Positions 13,766 through 36,021 of a stretch of DNA of 64,000 nucleotides are shown piece after piece. A program made the position numbers and the translations under genes. Each line of letters starts with the position of its first letter. Position 1 is the first letter of the stretch. Under the pieces are notes generated by a model, which was given only the letters and a program-made list of their open reading frames with translations, did not search any database and was not told where the DNA came from. This stretch comes from Hormiphora californensis (lineage: Eukaryota > Animalia > Ctenophora), in assembly GCA_020137815.1 (NCBI GenBank), contig CM035358.1, forward strand, positions 1,984,001 to 2,048,000, in the 5' to 3' direction.

Positions 13766-15073
13766 TGAATGAATGAATGAACATCACAATTTATATTAGA
13801 GTTCTTAACAGACTCTTCCCGCTCTTACACTATAGACATATATAGTTAAGTATATATATCCTACAAGGCCGAGAGGCTAAGAGCATCGGCAGTTACCTAA
13901 AGCGGGGTAACATATATAGAAACAGTCCGATAGATAAAGTTCAGTTCGCTATCCGACTTGGATCACATTGTTTCTGATGTAATAATTGCCACCTGGATCA
14001 TCTGTCCGAACCCGTTTCAAGGTGGCTAGCAGAGCTTTTCGCTCCTTTAGTTGGGAGGGGTTAAGATCCGGTGACAGATATATGGTAGAGTGTTTTTTGG
14101 ATTCTTTGAGCTGCCGTGCCTTCTTCAGCAGCGCCAAAAGGGTTGCTCTCTTCTCAAGAGATACCAAGAGCGGCCTAGGGCGTTCCTCGTTTCTCTCACC
14201 GATACGTTTCATGTTAGCAACTTTCGGTTTCTCGTTCAGTTCTTCAAATAGCTCATCCACATTGGTTCTATCAGCATTCTCAGTTGATTCTGGGAGCCCA
14301 AATATTACCAAGTTCTTCTCTCGATTTGTCTGGGGTATTACTGTAGCAGAAAGAGGCTTAGAAGTTGGTGGCTTAGGGGGAGTTGGTAGCTTTTTCGCCA
14401 TAGGGGAGGCTGCGGCATAGTTTTGAGCCAGGACTGTCGAGTAGGCTTTCACCTTCTGCACTGACGTTTCCACTGAGCTCAGTTGTTCTTTCTGGGCATT
14501 GATGACCGTTTGTTGCAGTTCAATGATCAAAACACGATTTCGTTCAAGCTCTTCTTTGCACACAGAGAGTTGCTTCTCGAGTTTTTCTGCTGTGATTACG
14601 GTGTTCAAATTGTTCATCGCTGCTTGAGCAAGTTTAGCACTGGAAACAAAGAGGTTGGTGGTGACATCAACAACTTGTTTTGGAGAAAGGTCCTTGAGAC
14701 GATGTTTGAAGAATGTCCCCATGTTATTTTCGGTTGGGCCCGAGCAATCAGGAGTAAAATCCCTCGCAGGTGCATATTTGATGGAATTATAGCACTGACT
14801 AACGTTCTCGGGTGTGATACTTATCTGTTGTTCGGGAACAGCAGCCCAATGCAGCCGTTCAACTCCCAAAACAAAGTCATCAATGGATTCGATCAGTTGT
14901 TTTATCTTGGGGTTATCGCCCTCGTACGGTAAGCGAAGAATATTATCCAATCTTTTATCTTGATACATCGGCTTCATTATCAGCGTTTCACTTTTCTGCC
15001 CTTTGGGGCGGTCACATCACCATATCTACCTGCTCAAATTAATTTGTTTAAAGTAGTGTTGAAAAGTTTGAAA
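13766..15073 (-). mobile_element. SL-capped ORF1-only non-autonomous retroelement
   Basis: 41-nt leader at 15033-15073, a single intact ORF, a 3' UTR of about 170 nt with a small terminal hairpin (AGAGT...ACTCT) and a (TTCA)n tail. Confidence 0.8.
13949..14977 (-). CDS. CR1/L2-type ORF1-like protein, 342 aa
   Basis: Coiled coil followed by REKNLVIFGLPES, RIG...PRPLLVSL, IYLSPDL and YYIRNN. Same architecture as 11602-12621 but divergent. Confidence 0.8.
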   Translation of the reverse strand: MKPMYQDKRLDNILRLPYEGDNPKIKQLIESIDDFVLGVERLHWAAVPEQQISITPENVSQCYNSIKYAPARDFTPDCSGPTENNMGTFFKHRLKDLSPKQVVDVTTNLFVSSAKLAQAAMNNLNTVITAEKLEKQLSVCKEELERNRVLIIELQQTVINAQKEQLSSVETSVQKVKAYSTVLAQNYAAASPMAKKLPTPPKPPTSKPLSATVIPQTNREKNLVIFGLPESTENADRTNVDELFEELNEKPKVANMKRIGERNEERPRPLLVSLEKRATLLALLKKARQLKESKKHSTIYLSPDLNPSQLKERKALLATLKRVRTDDPGGNYYIRNNVIQVG

Positions 15074-15375
15074 GATCTTCGTAACTTCCAAATTTCAAGT
15101 CTCTATCTCATCAGGAACCGGACTTATGGTCATTTAAAGAAATTTGAAAACTCTAGGGGGGTGACAGTTTCAAAAAATCCGACTTTAAATACTGAACTTT
15201 TTTAGGGATCCCTAAGGCTAAACGGTCGAAAAGTGGGTCCTAAACGGTCGAAAAGTCAAAAATTATAAAAATTTCGTAAAAATTTCGTTAAAAGTTAAAA
15301 GTTTTCGTGGAAGCTCTTATAAACGGTTTTCCCACGCGCGCGGCGTCGCGCGGCGTAAAAAGCAACACAGTGCTG

Positions 15376-15745
15376 ACAAAAAATCTGGGCTGCGCGTGGA
15401 TTTTTCAAATTTTTCGTTCTCTCTTTTTTTTAAATTTTACATTTTAGTAAAAGTCTTCCGGTGGGCCTCGACCCCCACCGGGGCTTACAAAAAATCTGGG
15501 CTGCGCGTGGATTTTTCAAATTTTTCGTTCTCTCTTTTTTTTAAATTTTACATTTTAGTAAAAGTCTTCCGGTGGGCCTCGACCCCCACCGGGGCTTGCA
15601 GCCCTGAGCCCTGCTCGCGGGGACTCCGCCCCTACACCAACGCGGGTGCTGCGCTCCTGGACCCTGCTTGTGGGGGGGTTTCACGCCCCAGGCCCCGGAC
15701 GCACAGGGACGCGCTGGGCCGAAGGCCCAGCTCCGTCGACCGTCA
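15376..15745. repeat. About 112-bp direct repeat (x2) followed by a GC-rich hairpin cluster; probable TE fragment
   Basis: ACAAAAAATCTGGGCTGCGCGTGG...CCCCCACCGGGGCTT occurs twice. Hairpin GCTGGGCC-GAA-GGCCCAGC follows. Confidence 0.65.
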
Positions 15746-16068
15746 CTGATTTCAGTCGAGTGTAAGCACTCACGGATTTTAGGATTAGGGCTAAAGTAGG
15801 GTTAGAACTTAGATTTAGGGCTGAGATAGATGGGGCTGTATTGTATTGGGGGCTTAAGATTTCCTATCGGATAAACCTTGAATTGGCCAAAACGGTTGAG
15901 TGCAGGCTACTTTTTTGGCAGAGTGCACCTGTAAACAGGCCTTTAAACACCCAGATTGTAACAGCGCCTTCTTCACGCCTAGCCCTCATCGGAAGTTTAG
16001 CTGGATAGGTGGGGAAGGTTTCCGAGCATGTTGCAAGGCACAAGGAATGTTACGCTGTCTCTCCTTAA

Positions 16069-17080
16069 GGCCAGAGGGGGGGGGTCGACCGATTTTTGAC
16101 CCTTATTTTGGGACATTTTTGGGGTTACCATCATGTGATAGCGCTTGGCATACCGGACCAGATGGATATGACAAAATTGATTTTGCGCGAACGGTTTGGG
16201 GGGAAAATGGGGTTAACTTTTGGCCTGAAATCAATGTAAACCCCATTATTTTAGGACTGGTAGGGGTTGGAACACCCAATCGAGTGTCAAACACTTTGTC
16301 TTATCAAGAGGGATCACTCTGCAAAGTTTTATACCATAAGTCCAACTGGTCTTTGAATTATTTGGGGTTAACAAAATATGGAAAAATCGACATTATGGCT
16401 CCCCTCTAAACCACATTTTTACACATGGTTAACCACTTTCTGAGAAAACGGCTATGATCTAGACCTTGTCGTTTGGCACACTTGTTCTACAGACCAAGGA
16501 GCATGAAACATATGTAGCGATTTTTGATTAAGGCCCTCATTCAAAAATTATGGGGGTTTACAAATGTTTGGTCGAGAAAAATATCATGTAAACCCCCATA
16601 ATTTTTGAATGAGGGCCTTAATCAAAAATCGCTACATATGTTTCATGCTCCTTGGTCTGTAGAACAAGTGTGCCAAACGACAAGGTCTAGATCCTAGCCG
16701 TTTTCTCAGAAAGTGGTTAACCATGTGTAAAAATGGGGTTTAGAGGGGAGCTATAATGTCGATTTTTCCATATTTTGTTAACCCCAAATAATTCAAAGAC
16801 CAGTTGGACTTATGGTATAAAACTTTGCAGAGTGATCCCTCTTGATAAGACAAAGTGTTTGACACTCGATTGGGTGTTCCAACCCCTACCAGTCCTAAAA
16901 TAATGGGGTTTACATTGATTTCAGGCCAAAAGTTAACCCCATTTTTCCCCCAAACCGTTCGCGCAAAATCAATTTTGTCATATCCATCTGGTCCGGTATG
17001 CCAAGCGCTATCACATGATGGTAACCCCAAAAGTGGCCCAAAATAAGGGTCAAAAATAGGTCGACCCCCCCCCTCTGGCC
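16069..17080. mobile_element. About 1-kb palindromic non-autonomous DNA transposon, Kolobok-like
   Basis: TTAA TSD, GG...CC termini, near-perfect inverted arms of about 490 bp and a short loop near 16565-16585. Confidence 0.9.
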
Positions 17081-17110
17081 TTAACTAGTAATTCCCCAAA
17101 ACTAGCCAAA

Positions 17111-19645
17111 ATGTCGGATCCTGTCGAACAACCAGCGTTGACAACTGTCCCTACTGCTCTTCTGAGAAAGCGACGACAGTTGAACAAAGAACGTGTCGCC
17201 AGAGCTGTCGAAAAGAAGCTTCAGGATCAGGTTATTATTATTATTAAGGGTACACCTGGCGTTTTTCATCATCGAGTGCCCAACCAAATGACTTCACCAG
17301 GGTTTAGGCCATACAAAATGGACCTCAAATATGCAATTTTAGCCCTAAAGTCGAATTCATATTTTTGCTACAGCCTATTTTCAAAGTGGCGTTTTTTCAA
17401 TTTTTGTTGAAATTTTTAACCTCAGGACCACTTTTTTTGAGATAGAAACATTAAATTCTTGGAATTTGAAGAGAATATAAAGGTGAATAAGCCCAAAGAA
17501 GGATTTTTGAAATGGAGCTTATTTCTGGCCATGAGAACGGTTTACTTTTTTGCTTCTTTGACACGCTGGCTGAGAATGTTCCCATGCTTCATTAGAGATG
17601 AAAATCTGGAAATAGTTGCTCAAAACGATTATCTATGTGGCCCAAAAATTTTGGAACTTTCCCGCCAAAGATGTGGTGTACAGAGCTTTTTTTGTGAAAC
17701 CTGTCTTTTTGAAAAAGAGGGAAATTCCCTGTATCTCAAAAACGGATGATCGTAGAGACCTGGGACCAAGCTTAATCGATTCAGAAGGTCCGATTTTGGG
17801 GGGGTCTTCTGAGAGACATTTTGCTCCTACTCCAACCGTTTTTGCTGTAATTGCGAAAAAGGTATCAGCAAGTAAGGGGGAAATCAGCCCGAAGCAGGCT
17901 ACTGGAATAGAGTTGTTTCCCTTTTTCATAGAATTAGTTTTTTGCAATTACAGCAAAATCGGTTGGAGTAGGAGCAAAATGTCTCTCAGAAGACCCCCCC
18001 AAAATCGGACCTTCTGAATCGATTAAGCTTGGTCCCAGGTCTCTATGATCATCCGTTTTTGAGATACAGGGAATTTCCCTCTTTTTCAAAAAGACAGGTT
18101 TCACAAAAAAAGCTCTGTACACCACATCTTTGGCGGGAAAGTTCCAAAATTTTTGGGCCACATAGATAATCGTTTTGAGCAACTATTTCCAGATTTTCAT
18201 CTCTAATGAAGCATGGGAACATTCTCAGCCAGCGTGTCAAAGAAGCAAAAAAGTAAACCGTTCTCATGGCCAGAAATAAGCTCCATTTCAAAAATCCTTC
18301 TTTGGGCTTATTCACCTTTATATTCTCTTCAAATTCCAAGAATTTAATGTTTCTATCTCAAAAAAAGTGGTCCTGAGGTTAAAAATTTCAACAAAAATTG
18401 AAAAAACGCCACTTTGAAAATAGGCTGTAGCAAAAATATGAATTCGACTTTAGGGCTAAAATTGCATATTTGAGGTCCATTTTGTATGGCCTAAACCCTG
18501 GTGAAGTCATTTGGTTGGGCACTCGATGATGAAAAACGCCAGGTGTACCCTTAAATCTGTTTACAATAATTTGACACTGTCAATATTGCCCTCCTATTTG
18601 CGAGGATCAGGTTAGATCTGTTAGCTCAATTTTGTTATGAGCTCCAATTTATGGTAAATGATTTTATTACATTTACACAGTTGCCAGAGATGATTCCAAA
18701 TACATTTTAAGAAATAACCTTCTAATCCATCCACTAGAAAAAGGCCGGCAAAGCGAAGGCACCATTCAAGCGTGCAGAATATTTCGTCAATGAGAGTTAC
18801 AGGAGCACCATGAACACCAAACGAATGGGGAGACTGAAGCATACCATTGCCAAAGTCCCTGAATCTGTCTCCATTCTTTTTGTTATGAGAATCACCACTG
18901 TACGAGGTCCAATGCCGCAATCCGTCAGGAAGATTCTTCAGGTATGCAGTCGTTCGATGAAACTTGTTATGTTCTAACCCTTCTTTACATTTGGGGGCGC
19001 GAAACACAGTCTAGCTAGGCAAGATGAAACCAGTACTGTTGCTTTTCAAAATACTGTATAAAACCTAACTCATTTCTTTGTTACTAGAAAGAAGCGTTAT
19101 GTATCATGTATACGAGATTTAATAATAATAATTCTTTGTTACAGAGTCTCAGACTGAATGAGCTGAACAATGCAGTGGTTGTAAAGCGAAGTGATAAGAT
19201 GATTGAGATGCTCCGAGTTGTTGAACCTTATATCACCTGGGGTTACCCTAGTCTGAGATCTGTTCACAATCTTGTCTTCAAATACGGTGATTATACAGAT
19301 ATATCTGAATTGATTAAACATATGATCACATACAATTGATTCGAACATCTAACCCACTTTTTTCTCTCAGGATACGGTCAAGTGAAAGACGAGAAGGTTG
19401 CTCTGAGTTCCAACTTCATTATTGAGAACACCTTCGCTGAGCAAGGCATGCTGTGCATTGAGGACCTGGTAAAACAGCTTTATGAAGTTGGACAGCACTT
19501 CGATGCGATTAACAAGTTTATGTGTGTGTTCAAGCTGACCCCGCCCAAAGGAGGATTCAGGAGGGTTGCAACGCCCTTCAAGCAGAATGGAGCCTGGGGA
19601 AACAGGGCTGAGAAGATCAACTCTTTGATCAGGAAGATGCTTTAA
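17111..19645 (+). CDS. RPL7L1: Ribosomal protein L7-like / ribosome biogenesis protein RLP7 (4 exons)
   Basis: Exons at about 17111-17230, 18738-18941, 19145-19286 and 19370-19645: VPTALLRKRR, FKRAEYF, LFVMRI, RKILQSLRL, VEPYITWGYPS, LCIEDLV, FKLTPPKGG, GAWGNRAEKINSLIRKM. Divergence favours RPL7L1 over RPL7. Confidence 0.75.
17248..18550. mobile_element. About 1.3-kb palindromic non-autonomous DNA transposon, Kolobok-like, in intron 1 of the RPL7-like gene
   Basis: TTAA TSD, GGGTACACCTGG...CCAGGTGTACCC termini and near-identical inverted arms of about 610 bp. Confidence 0.9.
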
Positions 19646-19829
19646 TTAACGAGATGACATTGTGAAGTAGTAGTGGTGTAACTTTTAATTTATTTTAAGC
19701 AGCATTTTATCATTTAAAAGAACCGTTTGTTTTTAGTTTCTTCAAACCTTCCCCCCAAAAACTCTTAAACATTACACAAACCTCCGCCCAAAAAACTCCT
19801 AAACATTCCACTCACACTAGTTTAGCAAT

Positions 19830-29982
<10,153 letters not shown>

Positions 29983-30254
29983 GACATTATTTTAAATTGT
30001 AAGACACTTTATTCAGAGTTCAAACATTGTTTGTGTTGTAAGAGGGGTGCTGTGTACCACAGCTCAGAGTGAATGGTGGTGTGTACTAATTTTATTCTAT
30101 AATATATTGTTAATCGTTACGTTGAAATTCAACGGTTGAATCAATCAGAATATTTTTAATCAAACGGAAAAGTAATTTTCAATTGTCGGCATTTCGGTGG
30201 GGTTTTTAATTCAATTCTTATGTTATTATCAATGTTATTATTCGTTAATTTTAA

Positions 30255-30865
30255 TCACACTTTATACAAAATCACGTCGGTCTCACTTTTCTTTCTTAAC
30301 CATGGGCAAAAGTTGTAAAGCGCGCGTAGTTCCTTATTATGAAAGAACAGCAGTTCAGCATTTGTTGGCGCGCACACAGCGTGGGACTTAGAACACAACA
30401 AGTTCCCACAACTGCTGCTGCAGCATTGCTTACCTCGGCACCCTAGCTCCCCAACTTTCATATCCCCCTGTTCTAGTATATGATGTTCAGGTTTCGATAA
30501 GGGTTGGAAATGGTGGTAAGAGAACCGAAGAAACTTGTCGTCTCCCACGCTGGATCTCAAGGTAAAACTAAATATGAGCACGAAATGACCATTGACCACC
30601 TCAAGTTCAACTTCATGCCCCCATCTGTATTCCCTCTCTTGCTGTGTGACCAGCCCTTCTTGTCCCAGGTGTATTTGGTCTTGTGGAGAGTGGACTTAGC
30701 AGACAATTGAACGGACATCAGAGTGAACTGGTTTACGGGCACAAATCTTACTGGGTGAACATCGATGTAGAAAGCGTTCCCTTTGAGGTAAGAAATACGA
30801 ACAAACTCTAAAGTTTTATTTCCATAGCGGATGCTGGGTTCCAGGAAACTCTTTTTAGAATGCAT
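30255..30865 (-). CDS. Possible hypothetical protein (two overlapping ORFs, frameshifted)
   Basis: Non-repetitive, protein-like ORFs 30557-30865 and 30255-30599 overlap. No family recognised. Confidence 0.25.
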
Positions 30866-30973
30866 CTTACTACTTAATCCCTTGACTTCCCATGCCGTAG
30901 TTAAACGGTTTTAATAATCTGGTAGCATTTGCCATTCCATGCTCTGGTCTACCACTAAAATTCGCGCTTCCCT

Positions 30974-31005
<32 letters not shown>

Positions 31006-31904
31006 CTCTCTATCTCTCTCTCTATCTATCTATCTATCTCCCTCTGGCCTCTATCCCTCTCCATCTATCACTCTTCCCCGGAACATGATAGTTCCCACCG
31101 CTTAGTTACCTTATCACTTCACCTCTCTCCCCAATATCAGACTGCACTTGAAGAACGAGCAGACGAACCCGTATTACATATTTTCTGGACTGATGCTGAC
31201 ACGGAGGCGTACAGGTATGGAACGGGGTTACTTCTAGGGGTTACTTCTAGGGTTACTTCTAGGGTTACTTTTAGTGGAGAGGGAGAGAGTGGTAATCGGG
31301 TAACGAGTAAAGAGGGGGAAGATATGTCATATGATAAAACCAGATAGTCACTAACAGTAACTATGCAATAGATAGAGATGGGGATAGGAGATAATACCAT
31401 AGAGCCACGCCCGTTCTGCCACAGCGTATTGCACGATGGCGTAGCGTGGTATAATAATATTATGATGCAATATCATTTCCATGCTGGGTAATACTTTATC
31501 ACTGCTGCATATGAGATGAAATTCCAATCAATATTACAGATTTAAAAAAGTACACAATATTCGTTTTTTCGCCCAAATCCAAGTTTCTCTCAAAATCGTG
31601 GTAAAATATGTCAAGTTCTCGCTTCCCACACGTCCCCTGTAAATATAGCTGTAGCTTGCTCTTACATGAAATTGCCAAGAAATTTATACTGCTCGTGCAG
31701 CAGGACACATTGGGATAGCTTTGTGAGAGAGAGAGATCCGAGGAGAGGAAGAGTAACATAGAAATAGAGGGAAGTAGAGGCAGAGAGAGAGAAGAGAGAG
31801 AGAGAGAGAGAAGAGAGACAGGGAATATAAACTACTATTTCAAGACCATCCTTGGCTTTCTGTGTGACAACACCCAATTGATTCTTATAATCGAAACCCG
31901 AGCA

Positions 31905-32040
31905 GTTGACACATAATTATGTTCTGAGTTGACACATAATTATGTTCTTGTAGTTGACACATAATTGCACAATACCCACGTTCTTGTAGTTGACACATAA
32001 TTATGTTCTTGTAGTTGACACATAATTGCCCCCATGTTCT
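31905..32040. repeat. About 25-bp tandem repeat (GTTGACACATAATTATGTTCTTGTA)
   Basis: About 5 degenerate units. Confidence 0.75.
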
Positions 32041-32055
32041 TGATATTGTACAATA

Positions 32056-32330
32056 GGGCGGGGGGGGGGGGGGTCCAGTCCTAAAAAAAGCTAAGCCATC
32101 GGCCAAAATTAGGGTACCTTTAGCTTTTTTAGCTTCATTTAGCTTTTTTTTTAGCTTTTTTGTGCCCTTTTTCAAGACATAGAAAATAATTTTGAATTCT
32201 TATAAGAAAATGGGGGCTAAAAAAGCTTTAAAAAAAGCTACAAAAAGCTTTAAAAAAAGCTAAATAAAACGCCATCGACCAAAATCAGGGTACCTTTAGC
32301 TTTTTAGGGCTGGACCCCCCCCCCCCCCAC
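32056..32330. mobile_element. MITE with G-run termini
   Basis: (G)nTCCAGTCCTAAAAAAAGCTAA / TTAGCTTTTTTAGGGCTGGA(C)n. ACAATA occurs on both flanks. Confidence 0.7.
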
Positions 32331-32388
32331 ACAATATAATCACGTTCTTGACTCGTGGACAGTAATAACATCTAACCGTATCGGTGCC

Positions 32389-35300
32389 TCAGACTGACCC
32401 CTGTTGATCGGTGGTCCCTGAAAGACCACCTGTAGTGTCCCCAGCAGCTGTACCCGAACCCCCTAACACCCACAACACTTGTGGCGTGAAGGAGATGAAA
32501 ATGACCGGGTTTATAGCAGATAAAAGTACAGGGCACACCACGGCGTACATGAAATACAGTACACAATCACTTTTAGTCCGGTCCGAGGGGGGTGCAGTGG
32601 ATGCGATTAGTCACCACGTTTATGTAGAATATCATGAATATAATGCTTCCAAGGTTCGTCAGGATCACCTTTCACACTGCATTTCACACCAACTTTCCGG
32701 AGCTGCACCGCCCGTTTATCACGTGCCGAGTTGATCAGTTCCCGAACTGTCAGGGCACTGGCTCCCATGCTGACTGTAGTGCAGACTATACACGGTGCGG
32801 TGAAGACAAACACACTAGCGAGGTTGTCCAGCCCGGGGAATACGTTCCAGACTGACTGGATGCGGGCGTAGTAGACTGTGGTAGTTGGGGATCGGAGGAA
32901 GAGGACCAGGAGGACAATTAGAATGTAGAGTATGTAGATTACAACGGCTAGGACGAATAGCCGCATCTTGATTGGACGGAATGGGTATCGAACCTGATAA
33001 AGAATCCTGTTAGTTGTTAGAATAAGCAGCAGTCAATCCAGATTAATTGATCACGGTTATCTTTCGAGTAAAGCAATGCTTTGTTTGTTTGTTTGTTTGT
33101 TTGTTTGTTTGTTTGTTTGTCTATTTGTTTGTTTGTTTGTTTGTCTATTTGTTTGTTTGTTTGTTTGTTTGTTTGTCTATTTGTTTGTTTGTTTGTTTGT
33201 CTATTTGTTTGTTTGTTTGTTTGTTTTTCTATTTGTTTGTTTGTTTGTTTATTTGTTTGTTTGTTTGTTTGTTTGTTTGTTTGTTTTGCTGTACCTGGAA
33301 GAACCTGGCAATGGCCAGTAGTCCCGTGAGAAATGGAGGCGTTATCAGAAAAGCCCAGGTCACTACTCCTGCAACAGAGAGAGAGAGAGAGAGATAGAGA
33401 AACAATGACGAAAATTGCTTGATTGTGGTGGTAGAACACTCACTGTAGAACTTTATTTAGAACTATACAGAGTTGATTGTGGTCATGAAAATTAAAACAC
33501 TGATGGTCATGTTGATATACTCGATGGTCATAACGGTGAGAATTCTGATTGAGAGTGAATTGAAAAGAGTTTATAATATAGAGCTGGGGTTGTGTTTAAA
33601 AACAGTTGCAATATAGTGCTAGAGTCTTTCTCTTCTGTTTGATATGTAAATATGCTATGTTCCTCATATTAAGCACACATACTATCATTAACACGCCTAT
33701 AGGTACACCTTTGCATATAATGTGGTTTAGGTTTTTTTATTAGAGTCATCAACTTTAGAATTCTATAGAAGTTGCAATTATATATTTGCAATCATAATAA
33801 CTAAGTTGCACTTGGAAGAGTAAAATTGTGTGCTGTATTTGAATTTGTTTGTGTTTATCTCTCTCCCTTTAGTTAGGAACACTATTGGTGCGCGGTCGTG
33901 CCTACGGAAGGAGTGCTTGGATCATCTTGAAACCGGTTTTAAGTTAACTAATGCATATCCAAAAGTGTCTGTAGCTATTTGGGTGATGTTCTGACAATCC
34001 AATCACGAGTTATGACGAAAAAAACAGTCAAAAAAGACGTTTTAAAGTGACAAAAAGGAGGATCTGAACACAGCCCTTATATGAAGGGTTGGGGCTATGA
34101 AACTTCTTGAGTGGACAGAGAATCATCCAAATTTGCAGTGCCAACTTTGGAATAGTTTCTATCTTTTGTAGTTATCTAATTAGAGCCGTTTAAACATGTG
34201 AGACGATGCTGCAGGGGCCTCTAATACTAGGTATTTTTGCTTGTGAAGTGATCACTTGACGAGATTTACCCAATTAGAGAGCAGATTAAAGCATACAAGC
34301 GGTGAGAGCAAGCAATATGGGGCGGAAACAGTACCAAATCACCCTGTTTTGCAGATCGTCTCACATGTTTGAACGGCTTTAATTAGATAACTACAAAAGA
34401 TAGAAACTATTCCAAAGTTGGCACTGCAAATTTGGACGATTCTCTGTCCACTCAAGAAGTTTCATAGCCCCAACCCTTCATATAAGGGCTGTGTTCAGAT
34501 CCTCCTTTTTGTCACTTTAAAACGTCTTTTTTGACTGTTTTTTCGTCATAACTCGTGATTGGATTGTCAGAACATCACCCAAATAGCTACAGACACTTTT
34601 GGATATGCATTAGTTAACTTAAAACCGGTTTCAAGATGATCCAAGCACTCCTTCCGTGGGCACGACCGCGCACCAATAGTGTTCCTAACTACTTAGAATT
34701 TCCTTTTTGCCATATTGATGTGACATATATATGGCATATTTACCCATTAATTACATATACAAATTATCAACAATTCACCTACTAAATTGCCTACTATAAT
34801 GTTGCTGCTCTCGACTGAGCTTTCTCGTGCTGAATCGACACTCAACATTACCTACTATAATTACCTAGTAAAATAACGGTGATTCCAGGATTATTTTTCA
34901 CCTCGAACCACGGTTCACTACAGTCCTCTTCATCACTACACCCTCTTAGAACGTTGTAACAGACCTGTAGTATCTCGGGTTTATTATATTGTTTGAAGTT
35001 CGGGCACTGTGTTTTGATTCTTTAAATCAGGGCCAATAGACTTCTCCTTAGTCCCTTTCGGTTTTTGGTATCGAAGACACTTCGAACTCAGGCCGCTTTG
35101 CGGCCTTCGTTCGGCCAGCAAGTGAGGGGTAACTTTGTTACCAATTCGGTATGGGGTTTTATACAGACCCCTCTCCCTATAGTCCGTTCGCTAGCGCCTA
35201 GCGATGGGGCAGAACTCTCTAGACCTCTCTATCCTCTTACCATGATAGGTAGAATGATGCAGGTGATAAAATCCAGGAAGGTCAAGGCTCTGAACAGAAA

Positions 35301-35441
35301 TGCGGGGACTGTAGCGGGTCGGTTAGCATTGTACAGGTGGACCAGAGGGTTCAGAATAGTTGAAATTAGGCAGGCTGTTAGGAGGTAGACTGCAACAAAA
35401 ATATCGGGGAGATCGGAGGTGATTGTCCGGAATAATGCCAT
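32389..35441 (-). CDS. Rhodopsin-class (class A) GPCR, multi-exon, with two +1 homopolymer frameshifts in the last exon
   Basis: TM1 ACLISTILNPLV, TM2 LFRALTFLDF, TM3 GLLAIARFFQ|VRYPF, TM4-5 in ORF 32607-32966, TM6 ILTNLGSIIFMIF and TM7 LLSAINPVIF. Exons at about 35441-35240, 34964-34902, 33370-33296 and 32993-32389. Confidence 0.7.
33080..33287. repeat. (TTTG)n microsatellite
   Basis: Direct reading of the sequence. Confidence 0.95.
33872..34689. mobile_element. Palindromic MITE with arms of about 345 bp in a GPCR intron
   Basis: GTTAGGAACACTATTGGTGCGCGGTCGTG... is inverted at the other end, and the element is flanked by TA. Confidence 0.85.
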
Positions 35442-35464
35442 GCAGTGGAGGAGAAGCTGGGAAA

Positions 35465-36021
35465 ATGTCACGGTTACAAAACTCGGGGCTTTTGTTTTGG
35501 GTTTGTCCATGGTTACACAACCTCGGGGTATGTTGGTTATCATGGTTACAAAACCTCGTGGATGGTTGTGTCATAATTACAAACACTCGGGGATGTTGTT
35601 GTTATGGTTACAAAACTCAGGGATGTTGTTCTGTCATGAAGTTCCAAACTTGGGATGCTGTTGTCATGGTATACAAAACTCGGTGGATGCTTGTTGTCAC
35701 GGTTACAAAACTCGGGGATGTTGTTGTCATGGTTACAAAACTCGGGGATGTTGTTGTCATGGTTACAAAACTCGGGGATGTTGTTGTCATGGTTACAAAA
35801 CTCGGGGATGTTGTTGTTATGGTTACAAAACTCAGGGATGTTGTTGTCATGGTTACAAAACTTGGGGATGTTGTTGTCATGGTTACAAAACTCGGGGATG
35901 CTGTTGTCATGGTTACAAAACTCGGGGATGTTGTTGTCATGGTTACAAAACTTGGGGATGTTGTTGTCATGGTTACAAAACTCGGGGATGTTGTTGTCAT
36001 GGTTACAAAACTCGGGGATGT
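35465..36021. repeat. 30-bp minisatellite (GGTTACAAAACTCGGGGATGTTGTTGTCAT)n
   Basis: About 18 units, homogeneous on the right and degenerate on the left. Lies directly upstream of the GPCR first coding exon. Confidence 0.95.

Larger units (their letters stand above)
13268..15212. mobile_element. Palindromic MITE hosting two nested insertions
   Basis: TIR GGGATCCCTAAAAAAGTTCAGTATTTA...CGGATTTTTTGAAACTGTCACCCCC at both ends. Inner arms are inverted at about 13710-13756 and 15076-15121. Confidence 0.8.

Noticed and set aside
15900-18339. Duplicated mirror-image ORFs suggesting inverted gene pairs
   Set aside because: They come from the inverted arms of two TTAA-flanked palindromic MITEs and have no recognisable domains.
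32560-32680. Programmed frameshifting or pseudogenisation in the class A GPCR (also near 50485 in the class C GPCR)
   Set aside because: Single-base insertions, mostly in homopolymers, that restore an intact frame when removed. Probably sequencing indels; raw reads would be needed to decide.
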